Below, one piece after another: positions 39,431 to 47,121 of a stretch of 64,000 nt of DNA. A program made the translations under genes and the position numbers. Source of the DNA: Candidatus Aminicenantes bacterium (lineage in GTDB: Bacteria > Acidobacteriota > Aminicenantia > Aminicenantales > Saccharicenantaceae). The notes beneath the pieces were generated by a model. That model saw nothing but the letters and a program-made list of their open reading frames with translations, searched no databases and was not told the origin of the DNA. The DNA is taken from contig CAVULT010000030.1 of assembly GCA_963742235.1 (NCBI GenBank), positions 149,655 through 213,654 on the forward strand, given 5' to 3'. Position 1 is the first letter of the stretch; each line of letters begins with the position of its first letter.

Positions 39431-40658
39431 GGACATCCGCATCGACATCGAACGCCTGAAACGCGACCTCGAGGAGCTCGGCCGCATCGGCCGGGACGAG
39501 CGCGGCGGCGGGGTCAACAGGCCCTCGTTCAGCGCGGCCGACCTGGAGGCCCGGGCCTGGCTCAAGAAGAAGATCGAGGAGGCGGGCCTCTGCTATCGCC
39601 AGGACGGCGCGGGCAACCAGTTCGGACGCCTCGAGTGCGCCGGGAAGACGGTCCTGGCCGGCTCGCACATCGACACGGTGCCGAACGGCGGCATGTTCGA
39701 CGGGGCGGTCGGCGTGCTGGCGGCGCTCGAATGCGCCCGCCGGATCAGCGAGGAGAAGGTCCCGCTGACGAAGGCCCTCGAGGTCGCGTCCTTCACGGAC
39801 GAAGAGGGCAACCTCGTCGGGGATTTCCTGGGCAGCCGGGCGTTCATGGGGCTCGTCGACGAGGACGAGGTCCGGAACGGCCGGACGTCGTTCGGCGTCC
39901 CGTTCAGCGACGTTCTGAAGAGGACCGGCTTCACGGCCGACGGGATCCTCGGCGCCCGCAAGGACCGGCCCGAGCTCGAAGCCTATGTCGAGCTCCACAT
40001 CGAACAGGGACCGGTCCTCGAGGACGAGGGCATCCCGATCGGCATCGTCGAGAGGATCGCCGGCAAGCACTACCGGCAATGCGCCTATATCGGCGAATCG
40101 GGCCACGCCGGGACGACGCCGCTCGAGCTGCGCCACGACGCCTTCCTCGGGCTGGCCGATCTGGCCCTCCGGGCGACCCAGCTCGTGGCGACCCGATACT
40201 ATGGCAGCGTGCTGACCGTCGGCCGGGCGGCTCTGCACCCCGGCTCCTTCAGCGTCATCCCCGGCCGGGCCGATTTCACCCTGGAGTTCCGAAGCTCTTC
40301 GGCCGAGGCGATGGCCGCGATCGAAAAAGAGGTCTTCGCCCTGGCCGAGGATATCGCCGCGACCCGCGGCCTGACCTTCATCTCGAAGGTCATCGACAAG
40401 ACGGCGCCGATCACGGTCGCGCCGCGCCTCGTTGGCCTCATCGAGGAGGAATGCCGGTCCCTCGGCTATCCCTCGATGAAGATGACGAGTGGAGCCGGCC
40501 ACGACGCCCAGATCATCGCCGCGGCCTGCGATTCGGGAATGATCTTCATCCCGTCGCCCGACGGCATCAGTCATTCGCCGGGCGAGCGAGTCGATTGGGC
40601 CGACCTGGAGAAGGGCGCCAACGTTCTCCTGCGGACCCTCCTCCGCCTCGTCAAATAA
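39420..40658 (+). CDS. M20-family amidohydrolase (N-carbamoyl-L-amino-acid / allantoate amidohydrolase type)
   Basis: The translation reads MGIMDIRIDIERLKRDLEELGRIG...GSHIDTVPNGGMFDGAVGV...FTDEEG...HAGTTP...SGAGHDA. Confidence 0.85.
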   Translation: MGIMDIRIDIERLKRDLEELGRIGRDERGGGVNRPSFSAADLEARAWLKKKIEEAGLCYRQDGAGNQFGRLECAGKTVLAGSHIDTVPNGGMFDGAVGVLAALECARRISEEKVPLTKALEVASFTDEEGNLVGDFLGSRAFMGLVDEDEVRNGRTSFGVPFSDVLKRTGFTADGILGARKDRPELEAYVELHIEQGPVLEDEGIPIGIVERIAGKHYRQCAYIGESGHAGTTPLELRHDAFLGLADLALRATQLVATRYYGSVLTVGRAALHPGSFSVIPGRADFTLEFRSSSAEAMAAIEKEVFALAEDIAATRGLTFISKVIDKTAPITVAPRLVGLIEEECRSLGYPSMKMTSGAGHDAQIIAAACDSGMIFIPSPDGISHSPGERVDWADLEKGANVLLRTLLRLVK

Positions 40659-40720
40659 GAAGGGGTCAAACCTACGCGATGCCAGTTAAAAACTGGCATC
40701 GCGTAGGTTTGACCCCTTCT
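40658..40720. terminator. Bidirectional terminator: a 30-bp perfect-stem hairpin
   Basis: AGAAGGGGTCAAACCTACGCGATGCCAGTT-AAA-AACTGGCATCGCGTAGGTTTGACCCCTTCT is followed by TTTTTC on the + strand and TTATTTGA on the - strand. It lies between the convergent genes ending at 40658 and 40727. Confidence 0.75.
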
Positions 40721-40726
40721 TTTTTC

Positions 40727-41929
40727 TTATCTTACGCCGTAGCCGTAGATCACAACCCGTTTGTCGCCGATGAGCGGCCAGCCGTTCTTCCAGTCGTATT
40801 CTTCGCAGCCCTCGGGCATCGGGTTGATCCGGATGACGCAGGCTCCGCGGATGCAGGCCCCCGCGTTGTGATCCATGCCGGGGACATAGTCCCAGCCATC
40901 GCCGAACGTCTTTGATTTTTGGGACCTGTCGGGACGGCCCGGCCTCTTCGGATCGCCGGAGAGGTCGCGCTGGGGCTTGACCAGCCGATAAGGACCCTCG
41001 CCGGCGAGACGTCCGGTGCCCTTTTCATACGACGACGGATCGAGCGCTTCCCCGTTCCGTTCATACGCCAGGAGGAGCCAGGGCTCGGCGGGGATGGTCC
41101 AGCGGTCCTTGACCCCGGCGGGCAGGGCCGCGGGGTACTTGACGAACCCCATTTCCGTGCCCTCGAAGGCGCGGGGCTGGGCATAAAAAATGCCGCGGGG
41201 GAAGGGCGCCCGGATGTCCTCGAGGGAATAGTCGACGCTGTAGCCGTCGGGCGCGAACACGGTGATGCCCGTGACGCCGGTCAGATAGATCTTGGCCGCC
41301 GAGAGAATATCGATGACCCGGACGCCCTTGTAGAGGACATAATCGTCGGTGGGTTCCTTGGTCGTGTTCATCAGCATGAACTGGCTGTGCACGGGGAGCC
41401 CGCGGATCTCCTCCCACCCAAAGCTGATCGTGGCCGCCTGGGGCAGGCCGGGCCGGCTGGCCGGATCGCCGGGATTGCGGAGGCCGGCGATCTCGACGCC
41501 GTTGAGGTGACCGTCACCGTCGGAGTCCGTTCCGTCGATGGCCGCGAAGGCCTCGAACGTCCGCCCGGCCTTCCTGTAGGCGAGCCCATAGGCATTGAGC
41601 GTGTCGGCCGCGGTCAAGGGGACGCCGCTCGCATATCTCGCATTCGGATAGACCAGCAGATGGCAATAGCCGCAGGGGCTGTACTCCCGCTCCGTGTCCG
41701 TGCCTTTGACCCCGCCCCGATGGCAGGTCTGGCAGTCGTCGAGGCGGGTCCCGGCCGCGGCCGGGTACTGCCGGATGAAGCCCTTCATGTCGGCATCGCT
41801 CTGGTGACCGACATAAGCCCGGGAGGCCGCCGCTTGGGGAGCGGAGCCGGCCCTGAGGAGCCAAACCGTCGACACGAGGACCAGGACCGCAGTAACGAGG
41901 AAGCCGATCGATCGACGAGCAAGCGTCAT
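40727..41929 (-). CDS. Diheme c-type cytochrome fused to a molybdopterin-oxidoreductase-like domain (GEGP motif)
   Basis: N-terminal TM/signal segment; two CXXCH motifs (CQTCH, CGYCH); an acidic DSDGDGHLNG loop. The C-terminal roughly 230 aa carry LAGEGPYRLV, resembling sulfite-oxidase/YedY-fold Moco-binding domains. Confidence 0.65.
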   Translation of the reverse strand: MTLARRSIGFLVTAVLVLVSTVWLLRAGSAPQAAASRAYVGHQSDADMKGFIRQYPAAAGTRLDDCQTCHRGGVKGTDTEREYSPCGYCHLLVYPNARYASGVPLTAADTLNAYGLAYRKAGRTFEAFAAIDGTDSDGDGHLNGVEIAGLRNPGDPASRPGLPQAATISFGWEEIRGLPVHSQFMLMNTTKEPTDDYVLYKGVRVIDILSAAKIYLTGVTGITVFAPDGYSVDYSLEDIRAPFPRGIFYAQPRAFEGTEMGFVKYPAALPAGVKDRWTIPAEPWLLLAYERNGEALDPSSYEKGTGRLAGEGPYRLVKPQRDLSGDPKRPGRPDRSQKSKTFGDGWDYVPGMDHNAGACIRGACVIRINPMPEGCEEYDWKNGWPLIGDKRVVIYGYGVR

Positions 41930-42016
41930 GAGTTCCCTCCGGAGATGGGCATCTTAACGGAACTCGCCCCGTCAAGCAAGAATTCCGGGCTCGAGTCCCG
42001 GCGGCGCGGAGTCAGT

Positions 42017-42044
42017 TTGATTGCCGGAGGGGGTGTGGTAGAAT
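42017..42044 (+). promoter_or_regulatory. Candidate sigma70-type promoter (TTGATT-N16-TAGAAT) giving a near-leaderless dus mRNA
   Basis: TTGATT at 42017-42022 and TAGAAT at 42039-42044. The dus ATG at 42054 is only 9 nt after the -10 hexamer and has no SD sequence. Confidence 0.45.
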
Positions 42045-42053
42045 CTTCCGGAC

Positions 42054-43031
42054 ATGCCCCTCCGGATCGGTACGGTCGCCATCGATTTTCCGATCGGTCT
42101 CGGGGCCCTGGCCGGCTACAGCGATCTCCCCTACCGCCTGATCTGCCGCTCCCTCGGCGCGCCCTACTGCATCACCGAGGCCATGCTCGACCGCCAGGTC
42201 CTGCTCGAAGGGAGGCTGCGCAAGCGCCTCGTCCGGCTCGACCCGGCCGACCATCCCGTCGCCGGCCAGATCATGGGCGTCGAGCCGGAGACGATGGCCG
42301 ACGCCGCGCGCTCGCTCGACCGCATGGGCTTCGACATCGTCGACCTCAACTTCGCCTGCCCCGTCCGCAAGGTCGTCTCGCACAAGCGCGGCGGGGCGCT
42401 CATGAACGACCCCGAGCGCGCTCTGGCGACCGTGCGCGCGGTCGTCGCGGCCGTGCCCGGCCGGCCGGTGACGCTCAAGATGCGGCGCGCCTTCCGGAAC
42501 GCCGACCGGACCCACGAGAGCTTCTGGACGATCGCCCGCGGCGCGTTCGAGGCCGGCGCCTCGGCCATCGCCGTCCACGCCCGGAGCGTCGAGCAGAAGT
42601 ACACCGGACGGGCCGACTGGGGATTCCTGGCCGAGGTCAAGCGGGCCTTCCCCGGACGAACGATCCTCGGATCGGGCGACGTCTCGAACCCCGCCGAGGC
42701 CCTGCGCATGATGGCCGAAACGGGCGTCGACGGCGTGCTCGCCGCCCGAGGCGCCATCGGCAACCCCTGGTTCTTCGCCCAGGCCCGCGACCTGGCCGCG
42801 GGGCGGCCGCCCCGCCAGCCCGCCCTCGCCGAGCAGCGCGAGGTCATCACCCGCCACTATCGCCTCGCCTGCGAGGCCTACGACCCGCGGCGCGGGCTCA
42901 AGATCCTGCGCCACTTCAGCCTGCAATACGCCAAGATGCACCCCCGCCGGACCGATCTCCGCAACGCCCTGGTCAAGGTCCGGACCGAGGACGAATGGCG
43001 GGCCGTCATCGATGCGTTCTACGGCCTCTAG
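42054..43031 (+). CDS. tRNA-dihydrouridine synthase
   Basis: The translation reads LAGYSDLPYRLICRSLGA...QIMG...DLNFACPVRKV...GGALM...VTLKMR...AVHARS, a Dus-family FMN TIM barrel with the catalytic Cys. Confidence 0.85.
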   Translation: MPLRIGTVAIDFPIGLGALAGYSDLPYRLICRSLGAPYCITEAMLDRQVLLEGRLRKRLVRLDPADHPVAGQIMGVEPETMADAARSLDRMGFDIVDLNFACPVRKVVSHKRGGALMNDPERALATVRAVVAAVPGRPVTLKMRRAFRNADRTHESFWTIARGAFEAGASAIAVHARSVEQKYTGRADWGFLAEVKRAFPGRTILGSGDVSNPAEALRMMAETGVDGVLAARGAIGNPWFFAQARDLAAGRPPRQPALAEQREVITRHYRLACEAYDPRRGLKILRHFSLQYAKMHPRRTDLRNALVKVRTEDEWRAVIDAFYGL

Positions 43032-43036
43032 AGATC

Positions 43037-43065
43037 GGGGACACGTACCTCAGGGACATGTCCCC
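43037..43065. repeat. 29-bp GGGGACA...TGTCCCC palindromic element (intergenic, 6 nt after the dus stop)
   Basis: GGGGACACGTACCTCAGGGACATGTCCCC is identical to 43317-43345. Its reverse complement is 27/29 identical to the GH38 copy at 29798. Confidence 0.9.
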
Positions 43066-43100
43066 GGACGGCTTTACACACCTTATCCCGTTGTGCTAAT

Positions 43101-43209
43101 AAAGACGGTGCTCCGAGTCGGAGGCGCTACAGCCGGCCCAGGCCGTTCCGCCCGGCCAGGCCCTCCGACCGACAGGGTGGAGCGGGAAACGGCTCCTCCT
43201 TCCGTGTTT
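43101..43209 (+). promoter_or_regulatory. Candidate molybdenum/tungsten-cofactor (Moco-type) riboswitch
   Basis: Nested helices: AAAGACGG (43101-08) pairs with CCGTGTTT (43202-09) with one mismatch, GTCGGAGG (43117-24) pairs with CCTCCGAC (43162-69), and there is a GGAGC-GGGAAACG-GCTCC hairpin (43179-96). A CUCCGAG junction motif is present. CTCCTT (43196-201) can sequester the AAGGAG RBS (43213-18). It lies directly upstream of tupA-like and Moco-biosynthesis genes. The consensus is recalled from memory, not scored. Confidence 0.5.
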
Positions 43210-43223
43210 GAAAAGGAGACATC

Positions 43224-44186
43224 GTGCGGCGCCAAGCCCGTCGGATTCGTCGTCGGATATCCGTCCGAGCGGCCCTTGCCACTCTGATATTGTGTGCCGC
43301 ACTCCCGGCCAAGAATGGGGACACGTACCTCAGGGACATGTCCCCGATCGCGTCCCCGACCGCGTCATGGGCCGGCGCGGGCGATCTATGCGGCGGGGGG
43401 CCAGTGGCCGCCCCGGCGGTCGCCGACCGGACGCTCATGCTGGCCACGACCACGAGCGTCGACGCCACGGGCCTTCTCGACGTCCTGGCCGACGCTTTCA
43501 AAGCGGATAGCGGCATCACCCTCAAGTGGATTGCCGTCGGGACGGGCGCGGCCCTCAGGCAGGCCCGCGACGGCAACGCCGACGTCGTCATCGTCCACGC
43601 CCGCAAGCTCGAGGAGGAGTTTCTCCGCGACGGCTTCGGCGTCAACCGCCGGGTCATCGCCCGGAACTACTTCATGATCGTCGGCCCGCCCGAAGACCCG
43701 GCCCGGGTCGCGAGCTCCCGGTCGGCGGCCGAGGCCCTCGGACGGATCCGCTCGGGCGGCGCCTCCTTCGTCAGCCGGGGCGACAACTCCGGGACCCACA
43801 CCCGCGAGCTCGAGCTCTGGGCCCTGGCCGGGGGCAAGCCCGAGGCCGCCTACCTCGAGACGGGCCAAGGCATGGCCGAGACCCTTCGCGTCGCGGCCGA
43901 GCGGCGCGCCTACACGCTGACCGACACGGCCACCTTTTACGGATTGCGCGGGCTCGCCGGCCTCAAGCCGGTCTACGAGAACGCGCCCGAGCTCGAGAAC
44001 ATCTACGCCGTGATCGCCGTCGACCCGGCCCGCATCGTCACGGCCCGCTACGGCGAGGCCATGGTCTTCATCGCCTTTCTGACCTCGCCTCGCGGGCAAA
44101 AGCTCATCGGGACGTTCCGCGGCCAGGCCGGCCGCCCCCTGTTCGAGCCGCTCGCGGCCGTCGCCGGAGTGGACCTCGTCAAATGA
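43224..44186 (+). CDS. tupA: Tungstate/molybdate ABC transporter substrate-binding protein (TupA-like)
   Basis: GTG start 7 nt after AAGGAG and a lipoprotein-like leader (AALATLILCAALPA). The mature part has LMLATTTSVDATGLLD, GTGAALRQARDGNADVVIVHA and SRGDNSGTH motifs of the TupA family. The 29-bp palindrome lies in codons 32-41. Confidence 0.75.
   Translation: MRRQARRIRRRISVRAALATLILCAALPAKNGDTYLRDMSPIASPTASWAGAGDLCGGGPVAAPAVADRTLMLATTTSVDATGLLDVLADAFKADSGITLKWIAVGTGAALRQARDGNADVVIVHARKLEEEFLRDGFGVNRRVIARNYFMIVGPPEDPARVASSRSAAEALGRIRSGGASFVSRGDNSGTHTRELELWALAGGKPEAAYLETGQGMAETLRVAAERRAYTLTDTATFYGLRGLAGLKPVYENAPELENIYAVIAVDPARIVTARYGEAMVFIAFLTSPRGQKLIGTFRGQAGRPLFEPLAAVAGVDLVK
43317..43345. 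repeat. 29-bp GGGGACA...TGTCCCC palindromic element inside the tupA-like ORF
   Basis: GGGGACACGTACCTCAGGGACATGTCCCC is translated as GDTYLRDMSP, just after the predicted signal peptide. This is the third reading frame used by the family. Confidence 0.9.
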
Positions 44187-44836
44187 TCGCCCGCGAGCTG
44201 GCCTTGGCCGTCTGGGTCTCGCTCAAGACGAGCGGCCTGGCCGCCCTCATCGCCAGCGCCGTCGCCGTGCCGGTCGCGCTCTTTCTCTCCGGCCGTGATT
44301 TCCGCGGCAAGAAGATCGTCCTCCTGGTCAACCAGACCTGGATGGCCGCGCCGACGGTCGTCATCGGCCTTCTGTTCTATTCGCTCCTCAGCCGGAACGG
44401 CCCCCTGGGCGGGCTCGGCCTGCTCTACACCCAGACGGCCATGACCGTCGGCCAGATCTTCCTCATCCTGCCTCTCGTCGTCGGCTTCTCCTACACGGCC
44501 CTGCGCCAGGTCGACCGGCGGGCCCGGCAGACCGCCCTGACTCTGGGCGCGAGCCGCCGCCAGGCCGGATGGATCGTCCTCCGCGAAGCCCGCTTTGCCC
44601 TCCTCGTCGCCGTCCTGGCCGGATTCGCCCGGGCCATCTCCGAGGTCGGCGTGGCCATGATGCTCGGCGGCAACATCCGCAACGCCACCCGGAACATCAC
44701 CACCTCGATCGCCCTCGAAACAGCCAAAGGGGAATTCCGGAACGGGGTCGTCCTCGGCATCCTCCTCCTCGTGATCACCTTCGGCATCAACATCCTCGTC
44801 CAGACGGGCCTCCGCGGCCGCGACGGAGAGTCGTAG
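44183..44836 (+). CDS. tupB: ABC transporter permease (TupB-like)
   Basis: The ATG overlaps the tupA-like stop (ATGA). It has five or six TM segments and an EAA-like loop (LTLGASRRQAGWIVLREA). Confidence 0.75.
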   Translation: MIARELALAVWVSLKTSGLAALIASAVAVPVALFLSGRDFRGKKIVLLVNQTWMAAPTVVIGLLFYSLLSRNGPLGGLGLLYTQTAMTVGQIFLILPLVVGFSYTALRQVDRRARQTALTLGASRRQAGWIVLREARFALLVAVLAGFARAISEVGVAMMLGGNIRNATRNITTSIALETAKGEFRNGVVLGILLLVITFGINILVQTGLRGRDGES

Positions 44837-44837
44837 G

Positions 44838-45905
44838 ATGGGCGGCCTTATCTATCGGATGGAGGGCGTCGGCTATGCTTATCCCCAAGGGCCGGCGCGG
44901 TTCTCCCTCGATCTCGACTCGCTCGAGATCCCCGAGGGCGGGATCCTCGCCCTGGTGGGCCCCAACGGCGCGGGCAAGACGACGCTCCTGATGCTCCTCG
45001 CCTTTCTCCTCCGGCCGGGCCGCGGGCGGCTGGAATTCCAGGGCCGTGACCCGTGGGCGACGGACGGCGCCGCCGTCCTGGCCCGCCGCGACGCGGTCCT
45101 GCTGACCCATCATCCGTACCTTTTCAGGGGGACGATCGGCGCCAACGTCGCCTTCGGACTCAGGATCAGGAAGCTCCCGGACCCCGAGATCGGCGCCCGC
45201 GTCGACGACGCCCTGGCCCTCGTCGAGCTCGACGGCTGGGGAGGCCGGTCCGTGGCCGGGCTGAGCGCCGGCCAGGCCCAGCGCACGGCCATCGCCCGGG
45301 CCCTGGCCCTCCGGCCCCGGGTGCTTCTCCTCGACGAGCCGACGGCCAACCTCGACGCGGCGCTCGGCCTGCGCATGGAGGCGGTGCTGCGCGAGGCCGG
45401 ACGCGAGTGGGGAACGACCGTCGTTTTCTCGACCCACAACTTCTCCCAGGCATCACGCCTCGCCGATTCCATCCTTTATCTATCGGAGGGACGGCGGGTC
45501 GAGTTCAGCCACGAGAATTGTTTCAGCGGCACGGCGTCGACCGACGGGCGGACGAGCTGGATCGAGCCCAAGCCGGGCGTCAGGATCGTTTTCCCGGGAG
45601 AGGCCCGGGGGCACGTCACCTGCGTCATCGACCCGTCGGAGATCCGGCTCATTGCGGCGGAAGAGGGCGGCGCCCTTCCGCCCGGGCCCAACGTGTTCCG
45701 GGGCCTGGTGAGCCGGATGGAGACGACGGACCCGGACACGGCCCTCGTCCGGACGAGCGGCGACCTTGTTTTCCGGGCGACTCTGCCCATTCAGGCGCTC
45801 GAGACCGGGCGGATTTCCCTTTCCCGGAACGTTCTGTTAACATTTGAGCCGGGCTCGGTCCGGGTCGTCGGCGAACGCCCGGCGGAGGCCCGAAAGCCCT
45901 CATGA
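44838..45905 (+). CDS. tupC: ABC transporter ATP-binding protein with a C-terminal TOBE/Mop-like domain (TupC-like)
   Basis: Walker A GPNGAGKTT, signature LSAGQAQR, Walker B LLLDEPT, and a C-terminal beta-rich roughly 120 aa. Confidence 0.8.
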   Translation: MGGLIYRMEGVGYAYPQGPARFSLDLDSLEIPEGGILALVGPNGAGKTTLLMLLAFLLRPGRGRLEFQGRDPWATDGAAVLARRDAVLLTHHPYLFRGTIGANVAFGLRIRKLPDPEIGARVDDALALVELDGWGGRSVAGLSAGQAQRTAIARALALRPRVLLLDEPTANLDAALGLRMEAVLREAGREWGTTVVFSTHNFSQASRLADSILYLSEGRRVEFSHENCFSGTASTDGRTSWIEPKPGVRIVFPGEARGHVTCVIDPSEIRLIAAEEGGALPPGPNVFRGLVSRMETTDPDTALVRTSGDLVFRATLPIQALETGRISLSRNVLLTFEPGSVRVVGERPAEARKPS

Positions 45906-47119
45906 TCGAATACGCTGACGCCCGCGCCCTGGTCCTTGGGGCCGCGAAGGCCCTTCCCTCGGAATCCGTCCCTCTCGCCCGGGCGCTCGGCCGGACCCTG
46001 GCCCGCGATGTCCGGGCCCGCGAGGACATTCCGCCTTTCACCAAGGCGACCATGGACGGCTACGCGGTCAGGGCGGCCGATACCCGCCCGTCGGGAGCCG
46101 GGACTCCGTGTGAGGTCGAGCTCGAAGTCCTGGCGGACCTGCCCGCCGGCCGGCTCTCCAAAACGGCCGTGGGCCGGGGACAGGCCGTCCGCATCATGAC
46201 CGGGGCGCCGCTTCCCGCCGGGGCTGACGCCGTCGTCATGGTCGAGGATACGGAGTCGCACGAGCGCGCGGTCAAGGTGCGGCGCCGGGCCAAGCCGGGC
46301 GACAACATCGGCCTGGCCGGCGAGGATCTCAAGAAAGGCGAGATCGCTCTCGAGCGGGGGACGCTCATCGGCCCGGCCGAGTCGGGCATGCTGGCCGCGG
46401 CCGGCCTTGTCCGCGTGCCGGTGACGCGCCGTCCCAAGCTCGCGGTCATCGCCACGGGCGACGAGATCGTCGAGCCGGGCGAACCGAAGCGGCCCGGCCA
46501 GATCCGGAACTCCAACGGGACGGCCCTCACGGCCATGGCCGTCGAGGCCGGCGCCGAGGCCAGCTACCTCGGGATCGCCCGGGACCGGAAGGCCTCGCTC
46601 GCCTCGAAGCTCGCCCGGGCCGGGGGCGCCGATGTCCTCGTCCTGTCCGGGGGGGTCTCCGTCGGCGACTATGACCTGGTCAAGGCCGGGCTCGAGGCGT
46701 CCGGGGTCAGGCCGGTCTTCTGGAAGGTCCGCATCAAGCCGGGCAAGCCCGTGTTCTTCGGCCTCCGCGGCCGGCAGCTGGTTTTCGGTCTGCCCGGGAA
46801 TCCGACCAGCTCCATGGTGACATTCCTGCTCTTTGTCCGTCCGGCCCTCGACCGGCTCCTCGGCCGCGCGGTGACCGGGCCGGAGTCGGCGACCGCCGTC
46901 CTCGACGAGACGATCATCCTCAAGCCGGGCCGGACCCAGTTCCTGCGCGGAGGCTTCACGAGCCGCGGCCCCGTGCTCAAGGTGGCGCCCTATCAAGATC
47001 AGAGAAGCGGCGTCCTCCGCTCCATGATCCGGAGCCGGGTCCTGATCGTGGTCCCGGCCGACGCCTCGCGGCTCGAGGCGGGCCGGGAGGTCGAGATCCT
47101 GCTCATGGACGGACTCTAG
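45902..47119 (+). CDS. moeA: Molybdopterin molybdotransferase MoeA
   Basis: The translation reads DIPPFTKATMDGYAVRA...RIMTGAPLP...IRNSNG...DVLVLSGGVSVGDYD...KPGKP...GLPGNPTSS. Confidence 0.92.
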   Translation: MIEYADARALVLGAAKALPSESVPLARALGRTLARDVRAREDIPPFTKATMDGYAVRAADTRPSGAGTPCEVELEVLADLPAGRLSKTAVGRGQAVRIMTGAPLPAGADAVVMVEDTESHERAVKVRRRAKPGDNIGLAGEDLKKGEIALERGTLIGPAESGMLAAAGLVRVPVTRRPKLAVIATGDEIVEPGEPKRPGQIRNSNGTALTAMAVEAGAEASYLGIARDRKASLASKLARAGGADVLVLSGGVSVGDYDLVKAGLEASGVRPVFWKVRIKPGKPVFFGLRGRQLVFGLPGNPTSSMVTFLLFVRPALDRLLGRAVTGPESATAVLDETIILKPGRTQFLRGGFTSRGPVLKVAPYQDQRSGVLRSMIRSRVLIVVPADASRLEAGREVEILLMDGL

Positions 47120-47121
47120 CC

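Noticed and set aside
38549-40915. A 788-aa protein spanning pdxJ and the following gene
   Set aside because: Only the first roughly 235 codons after the ATG at 38714 look like PdxJ. The remainder overlaps the well-supported M20 amidohydrolase in another frame and is His/Arg/Pro/Gly-rich.
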